Shown: positions 9,109-18,525 of the stretch, piece by piece
Layout: the number at the start of each line of letters is the position of its first letter
Position numbering within the stretch: the first letter of the stretch is position 1
From: Bacillota bacterium
Lineage (GTDB): Bacteria > Bacillota > Desulfitobacteriia > Desulfitobacteriales > Desulfitobacteriaceae
NCBI GenBank assembly: GCA_021811425.1
Contig: JAJZPA010000001.1
Span: 1 to 58,704, forward strand
DNA length: 58,704 bases
Direction of reading: 5' to 3'
Program-made: the position numbers and the translations under genes
Notes under the pieces: model-generated
Databases searched by the model: none
What the model saw: the letters and a program-made list of their open reading frames with translations, nothing else
What the model was told of the DNA's origin: nothing

Positions 9109-10980
9109 ATGGCGGTGAAACCTGTAAAGATTACGGATACAACTCTGCGTGATGCACACCAGAGCCTTTGGGCGACCCGTATGCGGACAGAAGATATGTT
9201 GCCTGTGCTTCAGGATCTTGATGATGCAGGTTATCACTCTCTAGAAGTCTGGGGAGGGGCAACTTTCGATGTCTGCCTGCGTTTTCTGGGGGAAGACCCC
9301 TGGGAGCGTCTGCGCCTGATCAAGGCACATGTGCACAAGACCCCGCTGCAAATGCTGTTGCGGGGGCAGTCTTTAGTCGGATATCAGCACTATGCGGATG
9401 ATGTGGTACGGGAATTTGTCAGTTTAAGTGTTCGCAATGGGATTGATATCCTACGAATTTTTGATGCCCTCAATGATGTCCGCAATATGATCGTCCCTAT
9501 GCAGGCGGCGAAAGAAGCCGGTGCGCATGTACAGGCTGCCATTTCTTTCACCATCAGCCCTGTCCATACTACCCAACATTATCTGGAAACGGCCAGAGCC
9601 CTGGTGAATTTAGGAGCAGATTCCCTGTGTATTAAAGACATGGCCGGCCTATTGACTCCATACAAAGCATTTGAACTCGTATCCCTGCTGAAGGAAGAAC
9701 TTGGGGTTATGGTTCAGCTCCACAGCCATTATATTGGCGGGATGGCGGTCGGGGCGTATTTGAAGGCTGCTGAAGCGGGAGTGGATGTGATCGATACTGC
9801 AAGTGTGCCTTTAGCCTTTGGCGCGAGCCAGCCACCCGTTGAGACGGTCGTTCGGGCTTTGCAGGACTCGGATTATGCGACAGGGCTGGATTTGCACCAT
9901 CTGTTCAAGATTGCCAAGTATTTTGAATCCCTGCGCAAAGCTCGCGGCTTCGAGCGGGGGTTAACCCGGATTAGCGACATGCGGGTATTTGAACATCAGG
10001 TTCCGGGAGGGATGATCACCAATTTAATCTCGCAATTGGAAGAGCAAAAGGCCCTTGAGCGGATTCATGAAGTTTTAGAGGAGATTCCGCGCGTGCGCAG
10101 GGAACTGGGCTATCCGCCCTTGGTGACGCCTACGAGCCAAATCGTGGGCACGCAGGCGGTATTAAATGTTCTGAGCGGGGAAAGATATAAATTAGTGCCT
10201 GGAGAGGTCAAGGCCTATTTTCGCGGCTATTATGGACGGCCACCCGCTCCGGTTGACCCAGAACTCCAAAAGAAAATCATCGGGGAAGAGCGCCCGCTGA
10301 CCGGCAGGCCCGCTGACCAATTGGCACCGGGACTGGAGAAAGCCGAGAAAGAGATTGCAGATTTGGCTCGCTCCAGGGAGGATGTTTTGAGTTATACCCT
10401 TTTTCCCCAAGTCGCCCGCAAGTTCCTCGAAGAGCGGGCGCGGGGTCGGGTTGATAAAAAAGAACGTTCCCAAGGGACGGGAGCGCTTTGGGAGGATTCT
10501 AAATTGAATTTGAAGGAAATCAAGGAACTCGTTCGTTTGCTGGACGAGACGGACATCAGTGAACTCAACTTAGAGAGCGAAGGCGTAAAGATCTCCATAA
10601 AGAAAGGTACTCCAGGTAGTTTGGCGACCGCTGCGGTTCCAGCAAGCGTGCCCTTGGCCGCACCTGCGCCGCCGACCGTTCACATTGCCCCAACGGCTGC
10701 CCCAGAGCTGGTTCAGGCTCCCATGCCAGTGGCTGTCAAAGATTATGAATATATCACATCCCCGATGGTTGGGACTTTTTATAATGCATCATCCCCGGAT
10801 TCCCAGCCTTTTGTGGAAGTGGGGCAGATGGTGAAGAAGGGACAAACAGTCTGCATTATCGAAGCGATGAAATTAATGAACGAAATTGAAGCTGAACAGG
10901 AAGGAAAAGTCGCCGAGGTGTTAGTACAAAATGGGCAGCCTGTGGAGTTTGGTCAGCCTCTTTTGGCAATTGAAAAATAA
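9109..10980 (+). CDS. Pyruvate/oxaloacetate carboxyltransferase (PycB/OadA-like) fused to an AccB-type biotin carboxyl carrier
   Basis: TLRDAHQSL, EVWGGATFD, IKDMAG, HSH, HQVPGGM, PPLVTPTSQIVG; then AccB N-terminus LNLKEIKELVRLLD, an Ala/Pro linker, SPMVGTFY and biotinylation motif EAMKLMN. ATG 9109 follows RBS GAGGAGAGG. Confidence 0.92.
   Translation: MAVKPVKITDTTLRDAHQSLWATRMRTEDMLPVLQDLDDAGYHSLEVWGGATFDVCLRFLGEDPWERLRLIKAHVHKTPLQMLLRGQSLVGYQHYADDVVREFVSLSVRNGIDILRIFDALNDVRNMIVPMQAAKEAGAHVQAAISFTISPVHTTQHYLETARALVNLGADSLCIKDMAGLLTPYKAFELVSLLKEELGVMVQLHSHYIGGMAVGAYLKAAEAGVDVIDTASVPLAFGASQPPVETVVRALQDSDYATGLDLHHLFKIAKYFESLRKARGFERGLTRISDMRVFEHQVPGGMITNLISQLEEQKALERIHEVLEEIPRVRRELGYPPLVTPTSQIVGTQAVLNVLSGERYKLVPGEVKAYFRGYYGRPPAPVDPELQKKIIGEERPLTGRPADQLAPGLEKAEKEIADLARSREDVLSYTLFPQVARKFLEERARGRVDKKERSQGTGALWEDSKLNLKEIKELVRLLDETDISELNLESEGVKISIKKGTPGSLATAAVPASVPLAAPAPPTVHIAPTAAPELVQAPMPVAVKDYEYITSPMVGTFYNASSPDSQPFVEVGQMVKKGQTVCIIEAMKLMNEIEAEQEGKVAEVLVQNGQPVEFGQPLLAIEK
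10504..10980 (+). CDS. accB: Probable nested in-frame AccB (BCCP) from an internal start
   Basis: GGAGG at 10491-10495, 8 nt before in-frame TTG 10504, which opens a canonical AccB N-terminus (MNLKEIKELVRLLDETDISEL). Confidence 0.6.
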   Translation: MNLKEIKELVRLLDETDISELNLESEGVKISIKKGTPGSLATAAVPASVPLAAPAPPTVHIAPTAAPELVQAPMPVAVKDYEYITSPMVGTFYNASSPDSQPFVEVGQMVKKGQTVCIIEAMKLMNEIEAEQEGKVAEVLVQNGQPVEFGQPLLAIEK

Positions 10981-10992
10981 GGAGATTCAGAT

Positions 10993-12339
10993 GTGTTTAA
11001 GAAAATCCTGATAGCCAATCGCGGTGAAATTGCCCTAAGAATCATTCGGGCCTGCCGGGAACTGGATATTGAAACAGTCGCTGTGTTTTCAGAGGCGGAT
11101 CGAGATGCTTTGCATGTAAAAGCGGCGGATGAGGCCGTCTGTATTGGCCCAGCCGCAAGCGGGAAGAGCTATCTGCACATCCCGAATATCATCAGTGCGG
11201 CAGAATTGACTGGGGTGGATGCGATCCATCCCGGATATGGATTTCTTTCTGAGAATGCCCGCTTTGCCGAGATCTGTGAATCCTGTGGGATTACCTTTAT
11301 CGGCCCTAAGGCGGATATGATCGAGAACATGGGGGATAAAGCGAAAGCACGGACCACCATGATCAAAGTCGGTGTGCCGGTTGTACCCGGTTCGCCTGGG
11401 CCGGTGGGCGATATGGAGACGGCAGCCCAGGTGGCGGCGAGTATCGGTTATCCAGTGCTGATCAAGGCCTCGGCCGGAGGCGGTGGCAAAGGCATGCGGG
11501 TCGCCCAAAATGCCAAAGAACTCTTAAAGGCGGTTCAGGCGGCTCAAACGGAAGCGCAAGCAGCTTTCGGAAACCCGGAAATCTATTTGGAAAAGTATGT
11601 AGAAGAACCTCGCCATATCGAATTTCAAATCCTTGCTGACAATTTTGGTCAGGTCGTTCACTTGGGAGAACGCGATTGTTCGCTGCAGCGGCGTAACCAG
11701 AAACTTTTGGAAGAATCCCCCTCGATCGCTCTCAGCCCTGAACTGAGAGAGAAGATGGGTCAAGTGGCTGTCGCTGCGGCGAAGGCCGTAGCTTACTCTA
11801 ATGCGGGTACTATTGAATTTTTGTTGGACAAACATAACAACTTCTATTTTATTGAAATGAACACCCGTATTCAGGTGGAACATCCGGTGACAGAATGGGT
11901 GACCGGAATCGACCTTGTCAAAGAACAAATTCGGATCGCGGCGGGGGAGCCTTTGGGTTATACCCAAGAGGAGATCCAAGTCAAGGGCTGGGCGATAGAG
12001 TGCCGGATCAATGCGGAAAATACGGAGCGGAATTTCCTTCCCTCTCCGGGAACGATCGAAATGTATCATGTTCCGGGTGGTCCGGGGGTGCGGGTGGATA
12101 GTGCGGCCTACCAAGGATATGTCATTCCTCCCTATTATGATTCCCTGCTGGGAAAGCTGATTGTTTGGGGAAGAACGCGTGATGAAGCGATTCAGCGTAT
12201 GAAACGTGCCCTGGAGGAGTTTGTGATTGAAGGGGTACACACCACAATCCCATTCCACCTACGCGTGCTCGACAATGCCTTTTTCCGGCGTGGAGAAGTG
12301 TATACGAATTTTATTCAGCGGCGGATTTTGGGTGAGTGA
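10993..12339 (+). CDS. accC: Biotin carboxylase
   Basis: [57 protein letters not shown]. Confidence 0.97.
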   Translation: MFKKILIANRGEIALRIIRACRELDIETVAVFSEADRDALHVKAADEAVCIGPAASGKSYLHIPNIISAAELTGVDAIHPGYGFLSENARFAEICESCGITFIGPKADMIENMGDKAKARTTMIKVGVPVVPGSPGPVGDMETAAQVAASIGYPVLIKASAGGGGKGMRVAQNAKELLKAVQAAQTEAQAAFGNPEIYLEKYVEEPRHIEFQILADNFGQVVHLGERDCSLQRRNQKLLEESPSIALSPELREKMGQVAVAAAKAVAYSNAGTIEFLLDKHNNFYFIEMNTRIQVEHPVTEWVTGIDLVKEQIRIAAGEPLGYTQEEIQVKGWAIECRINAENTERNFLPSPGTIEMYHVPGGPGVRVDSAAYQGYVIPPYYDSLLGKLIVWGRTRDEAIQRMKRALEEFVIEGVHTTIPFHLRVLDNAFFRRGEVYTNFIQRRILGE

Positions 12340-12356
12340 AGCGGAGAAATTGCTCT

Positions 12357-12385
12357 TTGCCAGCGGTTCGGAAATCTGGTATAAT
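12357..12385 (+). promoter_or_regulatory. Putative sigmaA promoter (extended -10) for asp23-amaP-nusB
   Basis: TTGCCA-N17-TATAAT with TG at the extended -10 position. Confidence 0.6.
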
Positions 12386-12423
12386 GCTAGGTAAAGATTG
12401 GATCTCTTAGAGAGGTGGTTGAC

Positions 12424-12822
12424 ATGGAGAAACAGGAGATGGAAAGTCCCCTCGGGGCGATTCGCATTGCTGATGAGGTGGTTGAGGTCATCGCTGGGCT
12501 CGCCGCTTCAGAGGTGGAGGGCGTAGCCGGTATGAGCGGCGGGTTTGTTGGGGATCTGGCTCACATGCTCAATCGGAATAAGAATTTATCTAAGGGAGTT
12601 AAAGTAGAAGTTGGCCAACAGGAGGCCGCCGTCGACCTGTTCATTATTGTTGAATATGGTGTCAGGATTCCGGAAGTGGCTTTGCGCGTACAGGAAGCGG
12701 TTAAGGATGCGATTGAGAGCATGACGGGATTAACGGTCATCGAGACGAACATTCATGTTCAGGGCGTCAATTTCCGTTCGGCAGCGGAGGCGGTCAAGGA
12801 AGAGGAAATCCGAGTCAAGTAA
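12424..12822 (+). CDS. Asp23/Gls24 family protein (YqhY-like)
   Basis: GAIRIADEVVEVIAGLAA, KGVKVEV, VDLFIIVEYG, MTGLTV..NIHVQG; located after accBC. Confidence 0.92.
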   Translation: MEKQEMESPLGAIRIADEVVEVIAGLAASEVEGVAGMSGGFVGDLAHMLNRNKNLSKGVKVEVGQQEAAVDLFIIVEYGVRIPEVALRVQEAVKDAIESMTGLTVIETNIHVQGVNFRSAAEAVKEEEIRVK

Positions 12823-12835
12823 CGGCAATGTGAGT

Positions 12836-12864
12836 AAACCCCCCCTGGATTCCAGGGGGGGTTT
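12836..12864. terminator. GC-rich hairpin between asp23 and amaP
   Basis: AAACCCCCCCTGGA-T-TCCAGGGGGGGTTT perfect inverted repeat. Confidence 0.55.
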
Positions 12865-12873
12865 CTGAGAGAG

Positions 12874-13398
12874 GTGACAGATTTGGCGGTTATTAGCTTA
12901 GGGCTGATCATTCTAATCCTGGGGCTTGGAATTCTGATCTTAGGGACGGGCTGGAACGTGCCTCATGACTGGGTGGCGCAGATGCTTGAACTCATCCGTG
13001 CTCATTCCTGGGAAACGATGGCTGTGGGGGCGCTTTGCCTGCTTTTGGGACTGCTTTTCCTCGTACGCCCGCGAGAAAATCGGGATGTGGCCTTCGTGGT
13101 GCCTTCGCGCCTCGGAGAAGTTCGGATTACCCAGGATGCTTTGCGTGGGATCGTTGCCCGGGCGGCACTGGGAATTGAAGGCGTGCGCCAAGTGGATGCT
13201 ACGCTTTGGCAGCGTCCAGAGGGGCTGGAGATCACGGTGAGCGGGGAGCTGCTTGCAGAGGTGGTGCTTACGGAAATTTCGGAAGCCTTGCAAAGTGCGG
13301 TCAAAAGAGATGTGGAGAATTATACCGGAATCCGGGTAACTGAGGTGAAAGTGCTGGTGCGGAGTGTGGAAGGTCTGCGCCAGGCACGCATCAGATGA
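12874..13398 (+). CDS. amaP: Alkaline shock response membrane anchor AmaP-like protein
   Basis: Two N-terminal TM helices, GEVRITQDAL, VENYTGIRVTEVKVLV; synteny with asp23 and DUF2273. Confidence 0.8.
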   Translation: MTDLAVISLGLIILILGLGILILGTGWNVPHDWVAQMLELIRAHSWETMAVGALCLLLGLLFLVRPRENRDVAFVVPSRLGEVRITQDALRGIVARAALGIEGVRQVDATLWQRPEGLEITVSGELLAEVVLTEISEALQSAVKRDVENYTGIRVTEVKVLVRSVEGLRQARIR

Positions 13399-13634
13399 AC
13401 GGTTGGCAGGAACTAATAACAAGATTCACTCGTTTTTTCATGTGGGCACTCGCAGAGCACCCTGGTAAACTCTTAGGGACGTCTTTAGGTTTGCTCTTCG
13501 GCCTGTTATTTGTGCTTATCGGCTTCTGGCGTGCCCTCATCCTTATGGCCTTCGTTGTGGTTGGATTCTTAGCGGGAAAACGTTATGATGAACACAAGGA
13601 TTTGGGGAAATGGCTGGAGCGAATTTTCCATTAA
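13395..13634 (+). CDS. DUF2273 small membrane protein
   Basis: HPGKLLG...LIGFWRAL...GFLAGKRYD; synteny. Confidence 0.8.
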   Translation: MNGWQELITRFTRFFMWALAEHPGKLLGTSLGLLFGLLFVLIGFWRALILMAFVVVGFLAGKRYDEHKDLGKWLERIFH

Positions 13635-13680
13635 GGATAAGCCTGCAGGTATTGGGTATGATTGCTTTTAGGAGGGGATT

Positions 13681-14232
13681 ATGATTCGCCGGCACGCACG
13701 GGAAACGGTCTTGCAAGTATTGTTCCAGTTAGATATGAGTGGGGAAGCGGAGCCTGAACCCATCCTTGCCCGCTGGGCTGCAGAATTCTCTTTAGCTGAG
13801 GCTAGCCAAGGGTTTGCTCGGGAACTTCTGTTGGGTACCTTAGCCAATAAGGCGGAAATTGATGTTCTATTAGCTGATTTGTCCGAAGGTTGGTCTTTAG
13901 AGCGCATGGCCAATGTGGATCGCAGTATCCTCCGCCTAGCCGCTTATGAAATTCTGCAGCGCCCAGATATTCCGGGACGGGTCAGTCTCAATGAAGCGAT
14001 TGAACTGGCCAAACGGTTTAGCGGGGAAGAGTCGGCAAAGTTTATCAATGGAATTTTGGATCGGCTCTTGGCGGCTTCTCCGAAAGGTGTACCAACCGAA
14101 AAGACAGCCCCCTTAGCCGCGAAAACATCGACAAAAGGGCGTAAGGGGAACAAGAGCCAGCACGGTACGTTGGACGTCAAGCACGTGCACCAGACAGAGG
14201 ACGTTGAGACGGAAGGCCCATCCCCCAATTGA
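13681..14232 (+). CDS. nusB: Transcription antitermination factor NusB, with a C-terminal extension
   Basis: RRHARETVLQVLFQ, WSLERMANVDRSILRLA, NEAIELAKRF, FINGILD. Confidence 0.95.
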   Translation: MIRRHARETVLQVLFQLDMSGEAEPEPILARWAAEFSLAEASQGFARELLLGTLANKAEIDVLLADLSEGWSLERMANVDRSILRLAAYEILQRPDIPGRVSLNEAIELAKRFSGEESAKFINGILDRLLAASPKGVPTEKTAPLAAKTSTKGRKGNKSQHGTLDVKHVHQTEDVETEGPSPN

Positions 14233-14250
14233 AGGGTTGCGAGGACAACG

Positions 14251-15195
14251 ATGTACTATCTTGGATTGGATACGAGTGCCTATACAACGTCTCTGGCCCT
14301 GATCGGGGAGGAAGGGGTTGCCTGGGAGAAAAGGCAGGTGCTTGAGGTTCCGGCCGGGGAAACCGGGTTGGCTCAGTCGACTGCTTTTTTTCAACATGTG
14401 CAGAATCTGCCTCGGTTGGTGGCGGAGGTGCCGTCCTATCTCTGGAAAGGCTTGGTTGCTGTGGGTGTGAGCACTGCCCCCCGTCCGGTTCCGGGTTCTT
14501 ATATGCCGGTTTTTACTGCCGGGTTAGCGGTGGCCCAGGCGATTGCGGCTGCACGCCAAGTTCCGCTTATGCTGACAAGCCATCAGGAAGGGCATATTGC
14601 CGCCGGATTAGTCTCCGCAGGGGGTCCTGAAGGGACTGATTTTTTGGTTGTTCATCTCTCTGGGGGCACAACGGAGTTGTTGGCAATCTCTCAGCATGAA
14701 CATGGAAGTGTGAATATCCGTCTGCTCGGTGGTACAACGGATCTCCATGCGGGGCAGTTCGTGGATCGGGTGGGGGTGCGCTTGGGCCTCGGTTTTCCCT
14801 CTGGAAAAGAACTGGAGAAACTGGCGCAAGGGGCGGCACCCGGGGCTGAATCTCTGCTGCCTTCCTCGATACGGGGACTTGAATTGAGTTTTTCGGGAGT
14901 AGAAACTGCAGCCCAACGTTTGCTTGAGCAGGGAACCCCGGCCGCGGATGTCGCGCGGGCGGTGGAAGGATGTATCGCGCGCACGGTGGCCAAACTCGTG
15001 GAACGCGGGTTGGACAGGCAGGGTTTGTCTGACGTGCTACTGGTGGGCGGGGTTTCAGCGAATCAATTCATCCGTCAAGCCTTGACCCGACGTTTAGGTC
15101 AAAAGGTACGTTTGTTCTGGGCTGAGCCGGATTGGAGCAGGGATAACGCGCTCGGGGTGGCCTATTTAACAAAAGAAGGCTCAGTGAACTTGTGA
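14251..15195 (+). CDS. TsaD/Kae1-family (ASKHA) paralogue
   Basis: LGLDTSAYTTS, HQEGH, HLSGGTTE, DLHAGQFVDRVG, GGVSAN, RDNA. Confidence 0.85.
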   Translation: MYYLGLDTSAYTTSLALIGEEGVAWEKRQVLEVPAGETGLAQSTAFFQHVQNLPRLVAEVPSYLWKGLVAVGVSTAPRPVPGSYMPVFTAGLAVAQAIAAARQVPLMLTSHQEGHIAAGLVSAGGPEGTDFLVVHLSGGTTELLAISQHEHGSVNIRLLGGTTDLHAGQFVDRVGVRLGLGFPSGKELEKLAQGAAPGAESLLPSSIRGLELSFSGVETAAQRLLEQGTPAADVARAVEGCIARTVAKLVERGLDRQGLSDVLLVGGVSANQFIRQALTRRLGQKVRLFWAEPDWSRDNALGVAYLTKEGSVNL

Positions 15196-15222
15196 ATGTC
15201 CATTTTTTTAACTGGTTTTAGA

Positions 15223-15248
15223 AGGAATTTGTACAAAGTGTGACGAAT
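15223..15248 (+). promoter_or_regulatory. Putative sigmaH promoter of nfnAB
   Basis: AGGAATTT...GAAT (AGGA-N18-GAAT). Confidence 0.55.
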
Positions 15249-15286
15249 GAACTAATGTTTGAGTATTTTCTGGAGGAGGAGTGTAC

Positions 15287-16129
15287 TTGTACCGTATCGT
15301 TAAGAGAAAACAATTAGCTCCAGCCATTGTCCTCTTGGAAGTAGAGGCTCCAGCGGTCGCAGCCAAAGTCGAACCGGGACAGTTTGTGATTGTCCACATG
15401 GACGAGCATTCCGAACGTATTCCTTTGACGGTCATGGATTTTGACCGGGAGCGGGGAACGATCACCATCGTGATTCAAGATGTGGGATACTCCTCTTGCA
15501 TGATAAACCTTATGCAAGAAGGGACCGCTTTTCAGGATTTTGTCGGCCCTTTGGGTACAGCTTCGGAGATTGAAAACCTGGGTACCGTCGTCTGTATCGG
15601 AGGTGGCCTAGGGATCGCCCCTGTGCATCCAATCGCGCGCGCTTTGAAAGCAGCGGGGAATCACGTCATCTCCGTGCTGGGTTCACGCAGCGCGGATCTG
15701 CTCATCCTGGAAGAGGAAATGCGGGCTGTCAGTGATGAAGTGGTTATTGCCACCAATGATGGCAGCCTCGGTGTTCAGGGATTTGTTACGGACGGTTTGG
15801 CGCATATTTTGGCTCAGGGAACAAAAGTCAATGCGATTTGGGCGATTGGCCCCATGATCATGATGAAGGCGGTTGTGGAGTATACCCGCCCACTTGGGAT
15901 TAAGACGATTGTCAGCTTGAACCCGATTATGGTGGATGGCACGGGGATGTGCGGAGCTTGCCGGGTGAGTGTAGGCAATGAGACGAAGTTCGCGTGTGTT
16001 GACGGTCCAGAGTTTGATGGGCATTTAGTGGACTTCGACCTGGCGATGCAGCGTTTGAATTATTATAAAGATGAAGAGAACCGAGCAAAGGCCCATGGAA
16101 TGTGCGGCATAGAAGGGGGGCATCATTAA
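15287..16129 (+). CDS. nfnA: NfnA/SudB-like FAD and [2Fe-2S] subunit of electron-bifurcating transhydrogenase
   Basis: PGQFVI, ERIPLT, GPLG, GGGLGIAP, MVDGTGMCGACRV, FACVDGPEFD. TTG 15287 fits RBS GGAGGAGG. Confidence 0.88.
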   Translation: MYRIVKRKQLAPAIVLLEVEAPAVAAKVEPGQFVIVHMDEHSERIPLTVMDFDRERGTITIVIQDVGYSSCMINLMQEGTAFQDFVGPLGTASEIENLGTVVCIGGGLGIAPVHPIARALKAAGNHVISVLGSRSADLLILEEEMRAVSDEVVIATNDGSLGVQGFVTDGLAHILAQGTKVNAIWAIGPMIMMKAVVEYTRPLGIKTIVSLNPIMVDGTGMCGACRVSVGNETKFACVDGPEFDGHLVDFDLAMQRLNYYKDEENRAKAHGMCGIEGGHH

Positions 16130-17517
16130 TGGCCTTGAAAGTACCGCGTCATGACATGCCTTGCCAGGATCCCCTGCAACGGGCACATAACTTTGATGAA
16201 GTGACATTAGGCTATGCGGAAGAAACGGCCATTGAAGAGGCACAGCGCTGCTTACAATGCAAGAATCCGACCTGTCGCGTTGGCTGCCCAGTAGAAGTGC
16301 TGATTCCGGACTTTATCAAGAAGGTGGCAGAAGGGGACTTCTTAGCTGCTGCTGCTGTGCTCAAAGTGAAGAATTCTTTACCGGCGGTCTGTGGTCGGGT
16401 TTGTCCGCAAGAAAGCCAGTGTGAAAGTCAATGTGTTCTCGGTAAGAAAGGTGAGCCGGTGGCGATTGGCCGCTTAGAGCGTTTCGTGGCAGATTATGAA
16501 ATCAAGTTTGGGGAGAGCCGGTTTGAAAAACCCGAATCTTCCGGAAAACGGGTGGCGATTATCGGTGGCGGCCCGGCAGGGCTCGCCTGTGCCGGCGATT
16601 TAGCGAAAGCCGGGCATGGCGTTACGGTCTTTGAAGCCTTGCATGTGGCTGGTGGCGTGCTCATGTATGGAATTCCTCAATTTCGTCTGCCTAAGGAAGT
16701 CGTACAGACCGAGATCAACAATCTGAAGAAGATGGGTGTTGAAATTCTAACCAATCAAGTGGTTGGAAAAGTGACGTCGGTCGATGAATTGATGGACAAC
16801 GGATATGATGCTGTATTCATCGGTACGGGAGCTGGGCTTCCATACTTTATGGGGATTCCTGGTGAAAATCTTCTCGGTGTGTATTCAGCGAATGAATTTC
16901 TCACCCGGACGAACTTGATGAAAGGGTACAAGTTTCCTGAATATGCGACCCCGGTTAAAGTTGGCAAAAAGGTCGCTGTCCTCGGGGCTGGCAATGTAGC
17001 CATGGATGCCGCCCGCACTTCGCTGCGCCTGGGTGCAGAAGATGTGTACATCGTTTATCGCCGCTCGCGGGATGAGATGCCCGCCCGTAAAGAGGAATTG
17101 GAGCATGCGGAAGAAGAAGGAATCCAGTTCCGCCTGCTGACCAATCCGGTACAGCTCAATGGGGATGAGCGCAGCTGGGTGAAAAGTATGACCTGTCTGC
17201 GCTATGAGCTGGGTGAGCCGGATGCTTCCGGCCGCCGCTCTCCTGTGGCGGTTAAGGGTTCTGAGTTTGACATGGAGGTGGATACGGTGGTCGTGGCCAT
17301 TGGGCAAGGACCGAACCCGTTGGTGACCACATCCACTCCGGGTTTGGAATTGAACAAACGCGGTAACATAGTGGCTGATCCGGAAACTTTGGCGACGTCT
17401 AAACCCGGTGTATTTGCCGGAGGAGATATTGTCACAGGGGCAGCTACGGTCATTCTTGCCATGGGAGCGGGGAAGAAAGCTGCAGCAGCTATGGATGTGT
17501 ATTTGAAGTCCAGATAA
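16129..17517 (+). CDS. nfnB: NfnB/SudA (GltD-like) flavoprotein subunit
   Basis: RCLQCKNPTC...GCP, CGRVCPQESQCE, GGGPAGL, GAGNVAMD, YRR, FAGGDIVTGAATV; start overlaps the nfnA stop (TAATG). Confidence 0.88.
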   Translation: MALKVPRHDMPCQDPLQRAHNFDEVTLGYAEETAIEEAQRCLQCKNPTCRVGCPVEVLIPDFIKKVAEGDFLAAAAVLKVKNSLPAVCGRVCPQESQCESQCVLGKKGEPVAIGRLERFVADYEIKFGESRFEKPESSGKRVAIIGGGPAGLACAGDLAKAGHGVTVFEALHVAGGVLMYGIPQFRLPKEVVQTEINNLKKMGVEILTNQVVGKVTSVDELMDNGYDAVFIGTGAGLPYFMGIPGENLLGVYSANEFLTRTNLMKGYKFPEYATPVKVGKKVAVLGAGNVAMDAARTSLRLGAEDVYIVYRRSRDEMPARKEELEHAEEEGIQFRLLTNPVQLNGDERSWVKSMTCLRYELGEPDASGRRSPVAVKGSEFDMEVDTVVVAIGQGPNPLVTTSTPGLELNKRGNIVADPETLATSKPGVFAGGDIVTGAATVILAMGAGKKAAAAMDVYLKSR

Positions 17518-17532
17518 GGAATGGGCACGGTT

Positions 17533-17562
17533 TTGAGGGTGGGAGCCATGCTCCCGCCCTTT
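17533..17562 (+). terminator. Probable terminator after nfnB
   Basis: AGGGTGGGAGC-CAT-GCTCCCGCCCT followed by a T run. Confidence 0.55.
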
Positions 17563-17673
17563 TCGAGGGTTTGTTTTGCTCTTCTTGTATGTGGGTGTCT
17601 GGGTAGAGCCTGTCAAGGAGTGTCACAATATTAAAAAGGTTTCGGGTTTTAAGATGGGAAGGGGGCGTGTTTT

Positions 17674-18525
17674 ATGGCACAATTACTAGACGGAAAAGCC
17701 GTTGCTAAAGTCCTTAAAGAAGAGGTCAAACAGGAGATTGCTCAGTTGACGGTACAAGGGGTGTACCCGAAATTAGCGGTCATTTTGGTTGGGGATGATC
17801 CGGCGTCTGTGGTCTATGCCAAGTCGAAACAAAAGATGAGCGAAGGCCTGGGGATGGCGTTCGAACTCTTTACCCTGCCGAGTGCTACTCAGGAAGTGGA
17901 AGTCCTGGCTTTGATCGAGCGTTTGAATCAAGATGGGCAAACACACGGGATCATGGTGGAACTGCCACTCCCGAAACATATTTCCAAAGAGAAAGTCATG
18001 GCTGCCGTCCGTCCGGACAAGGATGTGGATGGCGTGCACCCGATCAACCGAGGGTATATTCTCAGTGGTGAGGAGGGCCTTTTCCCTGCGACCCCGCAAA
18101 GCTGTATCGAAATCATGCTGCGCTCGGGTGTGCAAATTTCCGGCAAGCATGTCGTGATTGTGGGCCGGGGTGAGACAGTCGGTAAACCGCTGGTATTCTT
18201 GATCCTTAAACATAATGCCACCGTTACGATTTGCCATTCCAAGACCCCGGATTTAGGCTATCATACGCGTCAGGCCGACATCGTGATTGCGGCGGTAGGC
18301 AAAGCCAAGATGATCAAGAAGGACATGGTCAGACCTGGTGCGATTGTGGTTGATGCGGGCATCAACGAGATTCCGGGAGGGATTTGCGGGGATGTTGATT
18401 TTGACGCCGTCAAAGAGGTGGCCGGCATGATCTCTCCGGTTCCGGGTGGGGTAGGCTCTTTAACGACCGTGCTGATCATGAAGAATGTCCTTAAAGGAAT
18501 TGCCCTGCAGAGGAGGGCTCAATAA
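17674..18525 (+). CDS. folD: Methylene-THF dehydrogenase (FolD family)
   Basis: LDGKAVA, LVGDDPAS, KDVDGVHP, VGKP, TVTICHS, VVDAGIN, PVPGGVG. Confidence 0.95.
   Translation: MAQLLDGKAVAKVLKEEVKQEIAQLTVQGVYPKLAVILVGDDPASVVYAKSKQKMSEGLGMAFELFTLPSATQEVEVLALIERLNQDGQTHGIMVELPLPKHISKEKVMAAVRPDKDVDGVHPINRGYILSGEEGLFPATPQSCIEIMLRSGVQISGKHVVIVGRGETVGKPLVFLILKHNATVTICHSKTPDLGYHTRQADIVIAAVGKAKMIKKDMVRPGAIVVDAGINEIPGGICGDVDFDAVKEVAGMISPVPGGVGSLTTVLIMKNVLKGIALQRRAQ

Noticed and set aside
11524..12258. Long antisense ORFs (e.g. 11524-12258, 16885-17616, 24101-24739, 50524-51168, 2474-3058)
   Set aside because: They are shadows of well-conserved sense genes, with no recognisable motifs or RBS.
16129..17517. 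Glutamate synthase small subunit
   Set aside because: No gltB large subunit is adjacent, and coupling to an NfnA/SudB-type gene favours NfnB.
17518..17673. THF or ZTP riboswitch upstream of folD
   Set aside because: Only a terminator-like hairpin; no aptamer consensus recognised by eye.
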